Origin: Vulcanimicrobiales bacterium
GTDB taxonomy: Bacteria > Vulcanimicrobiota > Vulcanimicrobiia > Vulcanimicrobiales > Vulcanimicrobiaceae
Assembly: GCA_038231455.1 (NCBI GenBank)
Contig: JBBRLI010000030.1
Coordinates: 1-38,447, forward strand
Direction: 5' to 3'
DNA: 38,447 bases
In this document: positions 9,201-16,774 of the stretch, in pieces
Layout: each line of letters opens with the position of its first letter
How positions within the stretch are numbered: the stretch's first letter is position 1
Position numbers and translations under genes: made by a program
Notes under the pieces: model-generated
Database searches by the model: none
Seen by the model: the letters and a program-made list of their open reading frames with translations, nothing else
Told to the model about the DNA's origin: nothing

Positions 9201-9843
9201 CGTCAACCTCAACGCCGAGGCCGATCGCGACGAACTGACCGAGCGGGAACGCTTTCTCAAAGAACAGCTCGACGATCTGCATCGCGCGCGCGAAACGCTG
9301 CTCGCGACGATCAAAGAGATCGAAGACTCGTGCCAAGTCGTCTTCAATGAAACATTCAATGCGGTCGCCGCGCGCTTCGCCGAAGTCTTCGCGCGCCTGT
9401 TCCCCGGCGGCGAGGCGAAGATGTGGCAGACCAATCCCGACCATCTCTCGGAGACCGGTATCGAGATCGCCGTCGCTCCGCCCGGCAAGAAGATGACGCC
9501 GCTGCCATCGCTCTCGGGCGGTGAACGCGCGATGACTGCCGCGGCGCTGATCTTCGCACTCATCAAAGTGAAGCCGTCGCCGTTCTATCTGCTCGACGAA
9601 GTCGATGCGGCTCTCGATGATGCCAACGTCGATCGCCTCTCGGGTATGGTGCGCGAAGTCGCAAGCGAAGCGCAGATGCTCATCGTTACACACAATAAGA
9701 AAACGATGGAACTCGCGGCGCGTATGTACGGCGTAACGATGTCAGAACCCGGCGTGAGCTCGATCATCTCGGCCACGCTCGACGCGCGGGAAGAACACCC
9801 GAGTGATGCGATTCAAGAGCGCGAGGCCGTGCTTGCCCCTTAG
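6253..9843 (+). CDS. smc: Chromosome segregation protein SMC
   Basis: Walker A GPNGSGKSN, coiled coils, hinge (GRATFLPL, GGAITGG), LSGGE signature and LLDEVDAALD. Confidence 0.98.
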   Translation: MRLKSLRVFGFKTFAEQTTLDFNEGITAVVGPNGSGKSNLVDAIRWVLGEQSSRSLRSNKMEDVIFAGNTSRKPLGMAEVTLTFDNHDGALPIEFREVSITRRAYRAGDSEYFINRNHVRLRDVVELLMGTGLGPGSYAIVSQGQIDAILSSKPQERRSLFEETAGIAKFLARKNEAMRRLDGTEQNAIRVNDLIAELERRVPELDTQVRRAKRYRKVTTRVRDLEILSYLRASESRRGERERVQAELDVVDGRKVSAASRASTLGAELSALRNDLYALELDLEERRSQAQKLRAELARGEADHAAAIARRDALESQSTSSLSDRERVEAERTSLTAALASLSERIAPLQTQLESMGERELAASAAVSDARSGLDRIFTELRAVEAAAAERAASEAERRAQAQSARSEIERLEREATALRERIGEHERSASGARTRFDAAAQNLAGLEAELTAQRAAAEAAETAGPAAAERMAALQNRYRHLASELAGAESRLHTIEELEANLEGHVPGTRAVVEAAGRSELRGLHGVVSNLISVDERYARALDIAFGAGLSNIVTATAEDAERAVSFLRERELGRATFLPLDTLGSRRGHDIGNLRGRPGVIGYAHELVTSDEQYRGIVAFLVGRMLIVDVLATGIALTRGEGFRDSIVTLDGEQILGGGAITGGRYRRERSILARRAQAQTLRERLPQLRAEIEEVEREGLVAKAEFDAASSTRDRARAAANQAEMALRELRTQLETLTSEIERLDRETTRAKERQQTLVHALEEARAKFAALEKVADDHLDMTGERARLEAELAAARARISEVESSQSAVVAQASGVRESLAALTAERDGSAARLGLLDADSERASGARDAMMRELEMLRGQIAASEATLGALRRTVSDADTVVDESRAKRERMAGDAAQKEASERIAQSEDRDATAAGENNRRRLAEIDAELGMLQSTFAQNPASDEEIADVTTRYAEETDEVIEELPRLREELARLANVNLNAEADRDELTERERFLKEQLDDLHRARETLLATIKEIEDSCQVVFNETFNAVAARFAEVFARLFPGGEAKMWQTNPDHLSETGIEIAVAPPGKKMTPLPSLSGGERAMTAAALIFALIKVKPSPFYLLDEVDAALDDANVDRLSGMVREVASEAQMLIVTHNKKTMELAARMYGVTMSEPGVSSIISATLDAREEHPSDAIQEREAVLAP

Positions 9844-11416
9844 CGGTGCGACCAAACCCGGGGCGTTGGGCGCCGCACTCTTTTCCGTTCACGATCGCAC
9901 GGGGGCCGCGGAACTAGCCGCGGTCCTCGCCGCGCACGGGGTTGCGATCTACGCAACGGGCGGCACCCGCACGCATCTCCGCGACCACGGCATCGATGCG
10001 CTCGATGTCGGCGAGCTCACGGGTTTCCCGTCGCTCTTCGATGGCCGCGTAAAAACGCTGCATCCGCGGGTGTTCGGTGGCATTCTTGCCGACCGCAGCA
10101 ATCCGACGCACGTTGCGGAAGCGATCGAACACCACGTGCCCGCGATTTCGTTTGTCGTGGTGAATCTCTATCCGTTCGAGGCGACCGTGGCGCGCGAAGG
10201 CGCGACCGTCGAAGAGGCGATCGAACAGATCGACATCGGCGGCGTCTCGCTCATTCGCGCCGCGGCGAAGAATTTCGAACACGTCAGCATCCTGAGCGAT
10301 CCGAGCCAGTACCCATCGCTCATCGATGCGATGCCGCACGGGGGAATCGATGCCCCCGCGCGCCGGTTGCTCGCGACGCGCGCTTTTGAACGCACGGCCG
10401 AATACGATTCGGCGATCGCACGGTACCTGGAATCCGGGATGCTCTCAAATGAACTACCGGGTTCGCTTGCGCTCTCGATCCCCGTCGCGCAACCGCTGCG
10501 CTATGGTGAGAATCCGCAAGATCGGGCCGCGTTTTATCTCGCGCGCAACGCCCATCTGCCCGACCAACTGTGGGGCAAAGCGCTCTCGTACAACAACTTG
10601 CTCGATCTCGACGCGACGCTGCGCCTTTTAGTGCGCGCGAAGAACGGGCGCGAGAGCACGCCCGCTACAACGCAGCAACGCGCAGCGATCGTCAAACATA
10701 CGGTCCCCTGCGGTGTCGCGGAACGCGCGACCGTTGTCGAAGCCGTGCGCGAAGCGCTCGATGCCGATCCGGTCTCGGCGTTCGGCGGCATCATCGCGAT
10801 GGACGGACCGGTCGATCTTGCAACGGCAAATGCACTTGGCGAATTTTTCCTGGAGATCGTTGCGGCGCCCGCGTTCGAACCCGACGCTCTCGAGCGACTG
10901 AAGAAGAAGAAGAATCTGCGCATCATGCGTTACGCAAAAGGGTTGCCCGAACGCATCGCGCGCGAACTGCGCGTGCGTAGCGCCCTTGGCGGCGTCCTTG
11001 CCGAGGACGACGATCCGCAAGCCGCGCCCGAAACGTGGCATGTCGCATCCACACGTCAACCGACGGCAAGTGAATGGATCGATCTTGCCTTCGCTTGGGA
11101 TATCGTGCGGCACGTGAAGTCCAATGGCGTCACGGTCGTGCGCGACGGCGTCTCGCGCGGAATCTGTGCGGGTCAAACCAATCGCGTTAGTGCGGTCCGC
11201 ATCGCCGGCGAACGCGCCGGTGCATTCGCACGTGGAGCTGCTTGCGCAAGCGACGGCTTCTTTCCGTTCGCCGATGGACTCATCGCCGCCGCCGACGCGG
11301 GCTGCACGGCCGTCATCGCGCCGAACGGTTCGATTCGCGATGCCGAAGTGATCGCGGCGGCAAACGAACGCAACATCGCGCTCGTCTTCTCGAACTACCG
11401 GTACTTCCTGCACTGA
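9833..11416 (+). CDS. purH: Bifunctional AICAR transformylase / IMP cyclohydrolase
   Basis: GRVKTLHP, IDIGG, AAKN, LRYGENP, SAFGG, HVKSN, ASDGFFPF and C-terminal RYFLH. The start is probably TTG 9833 (GAGG 6 nt upstream), overlapping the end of smc. Confidence 0.96.
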   Translation: MPLSGATKPGALGAALFSVHDRTGAAELAAVLAAHGVAIYATGGTRTHLRDHGIDALDVGELTGFPSLFDGRVKTLHPRVFGGILADRSNPTHVAEAIEHHVPAISFVVVNLYPFEATVAREGATVEEAIEQIDIGGVSLIRAAAKNFEHVSILSDPSQYPSLIDAMPHGGIDAPARRLLATRAFERTAEYDSAIARYLESGMLSNELPGSLALSIPVAQPLRYGENPQDRAAFYLARNAHLPDQLWGKALSYNNLLDLDATLRLLVRAKNGRESTPATTQQRAAIVKHTVPCGVAERATVVEAVREALDADPVSAFGGIIAMDGPVDLATANALGEFFLEIVAAPAFEPDALERLKKKKNLRIMRYAKGLPERIARELRVRSALGGVLAEDDDPQAAPETWHVASTRQPTASEWIDLAFAWDIVRHVKSNGVTVVRDGVSRGICAGQTNRVSAVRIAGERAGAFARGAACASDGFFPFADGLIAAADAGCTAVIAPNGSIRDAEVIAAANERNIALVFSNYRYFLH

Positions 11417-12354
11417 AAATAACGCCCAGCGGGGCGCTCTACATCCTCATCACCGCGTGTGGTTGGGGACTGCTCGCACCGTTCTTCAAATTGATCTTCG
11501 CAAGCGACCCCGGAACGTTCGACGGACTATCGCTCGCCGTCGCACGCGCGGTATGGACGCTTCCGTTCATGGTGTTTTTGCTTGCGACAGCGTGGATGCT
11601 CGAACGCCCGACGTTCGATCGCAAGTCGATCCTCGCGTTCGCGGTCCTCGGCGTGATTTTCGGCCCCGCGTTCATGGGGATCTACTCGGTTGCAACGCAG
11701 CACACGAGCGTCTCGCACGTCGCGTTTCTCGTGGGCCTCGCGCCCGCGAGTAGCTCGGCGCTGGCCGCGATCGCCTTTCGCAAACCGCTCGACCGCGTAC
11801 GCAGAGTCGCGCTCGCGCTTGGCGTCTGCGGCGTTGCGTTGCTGGCGTTTACGAAATCCGGCAACGGCTCATCGCTTTTCGGCGATGGCCTACTCATCAT
11901 TTGGCTCGGAATGTTCGCGGTCTATAGTTCGGTGCTGCGTTCCGTGCTCACGCGATATCGCTTGCTCTTCACGATGTCGCTCTCCGGGGTGATCGGCACG
12001 CTGCTCGTCGCGACGATCGGTCTTGCGATCGGCAAAGGCGGCGCGATCGCGCACGTCACGCAGACAAACCACGTTTCATGGCTGTTTTTCGCGGGCGTCG
12101 TCGTGCTCTCGACGCTCATCACCCCGATCACGTTCGCCCAGGCCGTGCGCACCGCCGGCGTCGCGATTGCAACGAGTGCCGCGGAATACATTGCAATCGG
12201 GATCGCGCTGGCATTCTCGATTGCCGTGCTACACGAAACGTGGCAGCCGCTCCTCACCCTCGCCGGTTTCACGATGTTGGCCAGCCTGGCGCTAACCTTC
12301 GCGCCCGCACGGCTCTTCGGCGGCGTCGAGGGAGAGCGGCGTCCGATCGCGTAG
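11413..12354 (+). CDS. EamA/DMT-family transporter
   Basis: About 10 hydrophobic segments in two repeats with a GD motif (SLFGDGL). The start is inferred at CTG 11413, overlapping the purH stop (CTGA). Confidence 0.85.
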   Translation: MKITPSGALYILITACGWGLLAPFFKLIFASDPGTFDGLSLAVARAVWTLPFMVFLLATAWMLERPTFDRKSILAFAVLGVIFGPAFMGIYSVATQHTSVSHVAFLVGLAPASSSALAAIAFRKPLDRVRRVALALGVCGVALLAFTKSGNGSSLFGDGLLIIWLGMFAVYSSVLRSVLTRYRLLFTMSLSGVIGTLLVATIGLAIGKGGAIAHVTQTNHVSWLFFAGVVVLSTLITPITFAQAVRTAGVAIATSAAEYIAIGIALAFSIAVLHETWQPLLTLAGFTMLASLALTFAPARLFGGVEGERRPIA

Positions 12355-12362
12355 CGCACGGC

Positions 12363-12752
12363 ATGCCACGCTATTTACATACATCGATCTTCGTCAACAA
12401 CATGGACGAATCGATCAAATTCTACACCGAGCACCTCGGTCTCAAACTGCTCGGCGGGCCCAATCATTATCCCGGCAACGCCGACATGGCGTTTGTGGGT
12501 GCGGATTGGAATTCGTACATCGAACTCGTCTACGATTTGGAAGCGCACGATCCGTACGCGATCGGGAATCGCTACGAGCACCTCGCAATCGAGGTCGAAG
12601 GCGACTTGCGTGGCTTTATGGAGAAACTCCGCGCCGCCGGCGTGAAAATCGTCAAAGAAGTGAAGAGCGCGCCGGGCGGCGGCCGGGCAATTGCCTTTGT
12701 CGAGGATCCCAACGGCATCCCCGTCGAGCTCTTGGAACCCCGCTCGGCTTGA
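12363..12752 (+). CDS. VOC-family protein (lactoylglutathione lyase / glyoxalase I-like)
   Basis: MPRYLHTSIFV...IELVY...YEHLAIEV...IAFVEDPNGIPVELLE, carrying the H/E/H/E metal ligands. The real start is ATG 12363. Confidence 0.9.
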   Translation: MPRYLHTSIFVNNMDESIKFYTEHLGLKLLGGPNHYPGNADMAFVGADWNSYIELVYDLEAHDPYAIGNRYEHLAIEVEGDLRGFMEKLRAAGVKIVKEVKSAPGGGRAIAFVEDPNGIPVELLEPRSA

Positions 12753-12777
12753 CGTCCGGGTTCCCGCGCAGTACCAT
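12749..12777 (+). promoter_or_regulatory. sigma70-type promoter for the downstream lipoprotein gene
   Basis: TTGACG (12749-54), exactly 17 nt, then TACCAT (12772-77). Confidence 0.7.
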
Positions 12778-12800
12778 AACTTTGCAAAGCAAAGTTATGG
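12774..12800. promoter_or_regulatory. Perfect 12-bp inverted repeat, probable repressor operator
   Basis: CCATAACTTTGC-AAA-GCAAAGTTATGG is AT-rich. It overlaps the -10 element and predicted +1, and the first bases of the GGAGG SD. Confidence 0.7.
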
Positions 12801-12807
12801 AGGCCCC

Positions 12808-13176
12808 ATGCAAGCTCGTCGCGGGATCGCCCTCGGATTTCTTGCCGCACTTGCCGCGTGCACGCCCGACTTTCGCTCGGACGACGGCAAATCGCCGATT
12901 GCGCTGAGCGCGACGGCGGCGGCGCGCGCAATGCGCGAGGACCACTACTACCTCGACCACGGAACGACGCCGGTGCTGCTGACCGGCGTCGTTCGCTTTG
13001 TCGCGCTCGATGACGGCGTCCAGACGCTCGCCTTCGACACCGACGATCTTGCTCAGACGCTCTGCCGCTTCTCGCAGCCGATCGGCGTCGATGTGCGCGG
13101 GCGTATTACGGTCCTGGCCTACGATCCGGCCCGCTCGGGAGACTCGATTGTCTACCGGCGCTGTCGCCTGGCTTAG
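12808..13176 (+). CDS. Putative lipoprotein, possibly OB-fold
   Basis: ATG 12808 follows GGAGG. MQARRGIALGFLAALAAC has the lipobox LAAC. 122 aa. Confidence 0.75.
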   Translation: MQARRGIALGFLAALAACTPDFRSDDGKSPIALSATAAARAMREDHYYLDHGTTPVLLTGVVRFVALDDGVQTLAFDTDDLAQTLCRFSQPIGVDVRGRITVLAYDPARSGDSIVYRRCRLA

Positions 13177-13367
13177 ATTTTCTCGATTCGGTCGATCCGG
13201 CGAATCGGCTCGATCGCGGAATCCGAGCTGTGCCCGAGCATGCGGACCGCCTCGGTGTAGCGATAGAGCGCTTGCGCCATGCCGAGCTTGCGCTTCTCAT
13301 CGGGTTGGTTGGCAGCGTAGGCGGCCCACAGGAGCCGAAGCCGTTGCAGATCTTGCATGCGGTTCAT
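13173..13367 (-). CDS. Small hypothetical protein (64 aa, helical)
   Basis: MNRMQDLQRLRLLWAAYAANQPDEKRKLGMAQALYRYTEAVRMLG... fills the gap after the PaiB gene. Its stop overlaps the lipoprotein stop. Confidence 0.6.
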   Translation of the reverse strand: MNRMQDLQRLRLLWAAYAANQPDEKRKLGMAQALYRYTEAVRMLGHSSDSAIEPIRRIDRIEKI

Positions 13368-13404
13368 ATTCCGTTTGTACCCGCAATCGTGACGAACGTT
13401 CCGT

Positions 13405-14043
13405 TCACGCGCGCTTTTCATGCAGTGCGCGCATGACGCGTGCCGTCTCCCGGTCCGTTGGATCGCCCGACGCGTCGAGCCCAGCCGCGACGCTCTCCAT
13501 ATCCGCCTTCGACGCGTTTTGACTCATCTTCCATTTGCCGTCGATGCGCGCGATCGGAATTTCGATGCCGACGATTCCGCGCAACTGCTTTTCGAGATAA
13601 TCGTCCGGCGCATCGTCCATCGCCCACGGTTCTGGCCGCGGTTCTTCGTGCCGTGTTGTCAGTCGCGCTAAAAGCAACCGGAGTTCGCGCGGTTCGTCGA
13701 TCACGCGCATCGGCCCGTAGGCGTGCACGGCGATATAATTCCAGGTCGGCACGACCTCGCCCGTGATCGTCTTGTTGCTGTACCACGCCGGTGTCACGTA
13801 CGCATCAGGCCCAAGAAACATCACCAGGGCATTGTCAGACGGCGTCTTCCACTGTGCGTTTCCGCGCGAAATATGGCAAAGGAGCGTTCCGTTCGGCGAG
13901 GCATCGCGATCGAGCATCATCGGCACGTGACTCACGAGTGGTCCATCCGGGCCTACCGTGACGACGGTTCCGAGGCGGGCGCGTTCGATCGCTGCGAAAA
14001 GTTCTTCGCGGTCGTCTTGGCGGAAGTGCGGCGGTAAGTACAT
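13405..14043 (-). CDS. PaiB-family split-barrel protein (annotated as FMN-binding negative transcriptional regulator)
   Basis: MYLPPHF, CHISRGNAQW, GPDAYVTPAWY, VPTWNY and KWKMSQN. Alternative start at ATG 14055. Confidence 0.92.
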   Translation of the reverse strand: MYLPPHFRQDDREELFAAIERARLGTVVTVGPDGPLVSHVPMMLDRDASPNGTLLCHISRGNAQWKTPSDNALVMFLGPDAYVTPAWYSNKTITGEVVPTWNYIAVHAYGPMRVIDEPRELRLLLARLTTRHEEPRPEPWAMDDAPDDYLEKQLRGIVGIEIPIARIDGKWKMSQNASKADMESVAAGLDASGDPTDRETARVMRALHEKRA

Positions 14044-14073
14044 CGCCGCGAGCATTCCGCAGAATCGGTGCGG

Positions 14074-14925
14074 TTACTTTGCGGTTTTCATGCCCCAGCG
14101 AACCACCGTTCGGCGTTCGATCATGGTGAAGATCGCCTCGACCGCGATACCCAAGAGTGAGATCACGATCAGGCCGCCAAAAATACTGGGCGTTCGCAAA
14201 AAGTACCGCGCATCGTTGATGTACCAGCCCAGGCCCCCCGACGAACCGGCAACACCGAATACGAGTTCTGCGGCAACGACGGTGCGCCAACCAAATGCCC
14301 ACGCTGATTTCAATCCGGTGATGATGTAGGGCAGGGCGGCGGGGAGCAAAATGTCGACGACGAGTCGCCAGCCGTGGAGTCCCAGATTGCGCGCGGCCAT
14401 TTGCGTCGTGTTACTGATCGTACGAAAGCCGGTATCCGTGTTCATTGCGACCGGCCAAATCGTCGCCAGCGCAACGACGAAGACGATCGATTCGGGTTTG
14501 AGGCCGAACCAAATCATCGCGAGCGGTAAAATCGCAATCGACGGGAGCGGATTGAGAATTGCGCTCAAGACGGTGAGGAGGTCGTGCCCGAAGCGCGAGA
14601 ATACCGCAAACGACGCGAGCGCGAAGCCGATCGTCGCGCCAAAGAAGATCCCGAGCACGAGCACTTGTAGCGTATGCAGCGTTGCATTTACGAGTAAGCC
14701 CGACTGCACGTCTTTCATGATGCTTTGCAGCACGTCGAGCGGCGCGGCGAAGAGTAGCGGCGGCACGTGCGCGAGCGTGATGTAGGTTTGCCAGATCGCG
14801 ACAAGTAGCGTTAAGATGATCGCGTAGCGCAGCGCCGCCGGCAGATTCGTCCACCGGCCTTCTGACCGCGGCGTGTCGAGCGCTGCGGGCGGCGCCGTCG
14901 CGCTGCGTTCGAGTCGCGCGCTCAT
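14074..14925 (-). CDS. ABC transporter permease, NitT/TauT/SsuC family
   Basis: LNPLPSIAILPLAMIWFG, EAA-like loop (AARNLG), LPAALPYIITG and WRTVVAAEL. ATGA overlap with the ATPase gene. Confidence 0.93.
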   Translation of the reverse strand: MSARLERSATAPPAALDTPRSEGRWTNLPAALRYAIILTLLVAIWQTYITLAHVPPLLFAAPLDVLQSIMKDVQSGLLVNATLHTLQVLVLGIFFGATIGFALASFAVFSRFGHDLLTVLSAILNPLPSIAILPLAMIWFGLKPESIVFVVALATIWPVAMNTDTGFRTISNTTQMAARNLGLHGWRLVVDILLPAALPYIITGLKSAWAFGWRTVVAAELVFGVAGSSGGLGWYINDARYFLRTPSIFGGLIVISLLGIAVEAIFTMIERRTVVRWGMKTAK

Positions 14926-15722
14926 TCGATTCCCGCCGCGATCGGTGCACGTTCGGCGACGGCCGGGACGAGCAGCGAGCGCAGGTGACCGGTAAGTTCG
15001 GCGAAGCGGTCGTCCGATGGATCGTCGACACCGCTCGTCTCGACGATCTCGCGCACGTGCGCGGGAAACGACGACATCACCATCACGCGGTGGCCGAGAT
15101 AGATCGCTTCTTGAATGGAATGCGTCACCAAGATCAGCGTGACGCCCGTTCGCTCCCAAATGCGGTTCAGCTCGATCTGCAACTGGTTGCGCGTGATCGC
15201 ATCGAGCGCGCCGAACGGCTCGTCCATCAGGAGAATCGTCGGTTCGAGCGCGACGGCGCGCGCGATTGCGGCCCGCTGCTTCATGCCGCCCGAGAGCTGA
15301 TGCGGATATCGATCCGCTGCACGCGCGATGTCGACGAGTGCAAGCACCTCATCGGCGCGCGCGCCCGCGTCGCGTTTGTTCATGTTCTTCGCCACGCGCA
15401 GGGCGTAGACGACGTTGTCGCGCACGGTGCGCCATGGAAAAAGCTGATCGAAATCTTGAAAGACGACAGCGCGATCGGGGCCGGGCTTTTCGAGCGGTTT
15501 GCCCCCGACGGTGATCCGGCCGGCGGCGGGCTGCATGAAACCGGCGACGGCCTTCAGCAGCGTCGTTTTGCCGCAACCCGACGGCCCGATGATGACGAAT
15601 TTTTCACCGGCGTACACGTCGAAGGTTGCGGCCTCGACCGCGACGACCGACTGCCCACCCTCGCCTGGGTAGGCCATAACGACGCCTTCGGCGCGAACGA
15701 TTGGTGCGCCGAGAGTGGGCAT
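14922..15722 (-). CDS. ABC transporter ATP-binding protein, NitT/TauT family
   Basis: GPSGCGKTT, LSGGMKQR, LLMDEPFGALD and VTHSIQEA. Confidence 0.96.
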   Translation of the reverse strand: MPTLGAPIVRAEGVVMAYPGEGGQSVVAVEAATFDVYAGEKFVIIGPSGCGKTTLLKAVAGFMQPAAGRITVGGKPLEKPGPDRAVVFQDFDQLFPWRTVRDNVVYALRVAKNMNKRDAGARADEVLALVDIARAADRYPHQLSGGMKQRAAIARAVALEPTILLMDEPFGALDAITRNQLQIELNRIWERTGVTLILVTHSIQEAIYLGHRVMVMSSFPAHVREIVETSGVDDPSDDRFAELTGHLRSLLVPAVAERAPIAAGIE

Positions 15723-15723
15723 G

Positions 15724-16698
15724 CTAGTCGCCCGCGCCGCCGAGTTGCGGCAGTTCGATCTCGCGCATCGAGGTGGGCACTTTGGTGAGCAGTCCGATGC
15801 CTTTCATGTAGTTTGCGACCTTCATGAAACCGTGCGGAGTCGTCTCGAACGTCATCTCGGGCGCGGCGAGCCACTTCTTATACTGCGCGGCCGAAACGTT
15901 CATCTCGCCGTCCTTGGCGAGCAGTTCGGCGGTCTCATCGGGATGCGATTTCAAAAACGCCGTCGTCTCGACGATCGCGCGGTAGAGCGCACCGACGAAG
16001 AGCGGATGGTCTTTTGCGAACGTCTCGGTCGTGTACACGCTGTTGAACGTCGCGGGTCCGAACGCTTCGTAGCTCTTGTAGATGACGTGCGCGCCTTTGT
16101 CCAGCTCTTCTTGCTGGAACGGCGGCGAGGTGAAGTGCGCATCGAGTTGGCCGCCGACGAGTGCTTGCACGCCGAGCGGATGTTGAATTGCAACGAAGGC
16201 GGTATCCAGCGCGTGTGCGTTCCCCAGCATGTCTTGCGCCCCTTTGCGCAGTGCGACCGCTTGAATCGCATCCGGCCCCGGGACCCCGACTTTACTGCTC
16301 GCGTTGAGATCTCTCACCGATTTGATCTTGGGATCTTTTGCCATCAGCCAAAGGTTCATTTCGTTCATCGCCGCGATCAAACGATAGCCGACGCCGCGAT
16401 CCCAGCCGATGAGAAACGGCGTCGCGCCGCCGGCGCCGACTTGGATTTGCCCCGCGAGAAATCCATCGCGAATCGTCGCGCCGTTCGAGAGCAAACGCCA
16501 ATCGAATTTCGTTCCAGGGAACTGCTTCTCGAGTGTCCCGCGCTGCTTCATGACGATGAGTGTGGTGTAGCTGATCCCCGGCTGATAGGCGATCGTGACC
16601 GAAGCCGGTGCATCGGAGGCGGGCGCTGTGCGCGCCGGCGTCGCGGGAACGAGCAGGGCGAGAGCGGCAAGCGCAGCGAGTGCAGAGCGACGGAGCAT
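15724..16698 (-). CDS. ABC transporter substrate-binding protein, NitT/TauT/SsuA-like
   Basis: Signal peptide and VTIAYQPGISY. First gene of the ABC operon, with SD GGAGG upstream. Confidence 0.9.
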   Translation of the reverse strand: MLRRSALAALAALALLVPATPARTAPASDAPASVTIAYQPGISYTTLIVMKQRGTLEKQFPGTKFDWRLLSNGATIRDGFLAGQIQVGAGGATPFLIGWDRGVGYRLIAAMNEMNLWLMAKDPKIKSVRDLNASSKVGVPGPDAIQAVALRKGAQDMLGNAHALDTAFVAIQHPLGVQALVGGQLDAHFTSPPFQQEELDKGAHVIYKSYEAFGPATFNSVYTTETFAKDHPLFVGALYRAIVETTAFLKSHPDETAELLAKDGEMNVSAAQYKKWLAAPEMTFETTPHGFMKVANYMKGIGLLTKVPTSMREIELPQLGGAGD

Positions 16699-16774
16699 GT
16701 AGAACCTCCGGGTACAAAGTTTCGGCCTTCCCTTCGGGGAGTGAAAGATTCATCCCGCGCGAAGCGTTCTCACC

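Noticed and set aside
13393..13406. LexA/SOS-box-like CGAAC...GTTC
   Set aside because: The spacing is GAAC-N5-GTTC, not the Gram-positive GAAC-N4-GTTC.
16699..16774. Possible riboswitch between the ABC operon and TauD (TCCC-TTCG-GGGA hairpin)
   Set aside because: Only a 4-bp stem in a 76-bp divergent spacer. I could not match it to guanidine, SAM, TPP or other aptamer consensus sequences. An Rfam scan would settle it.
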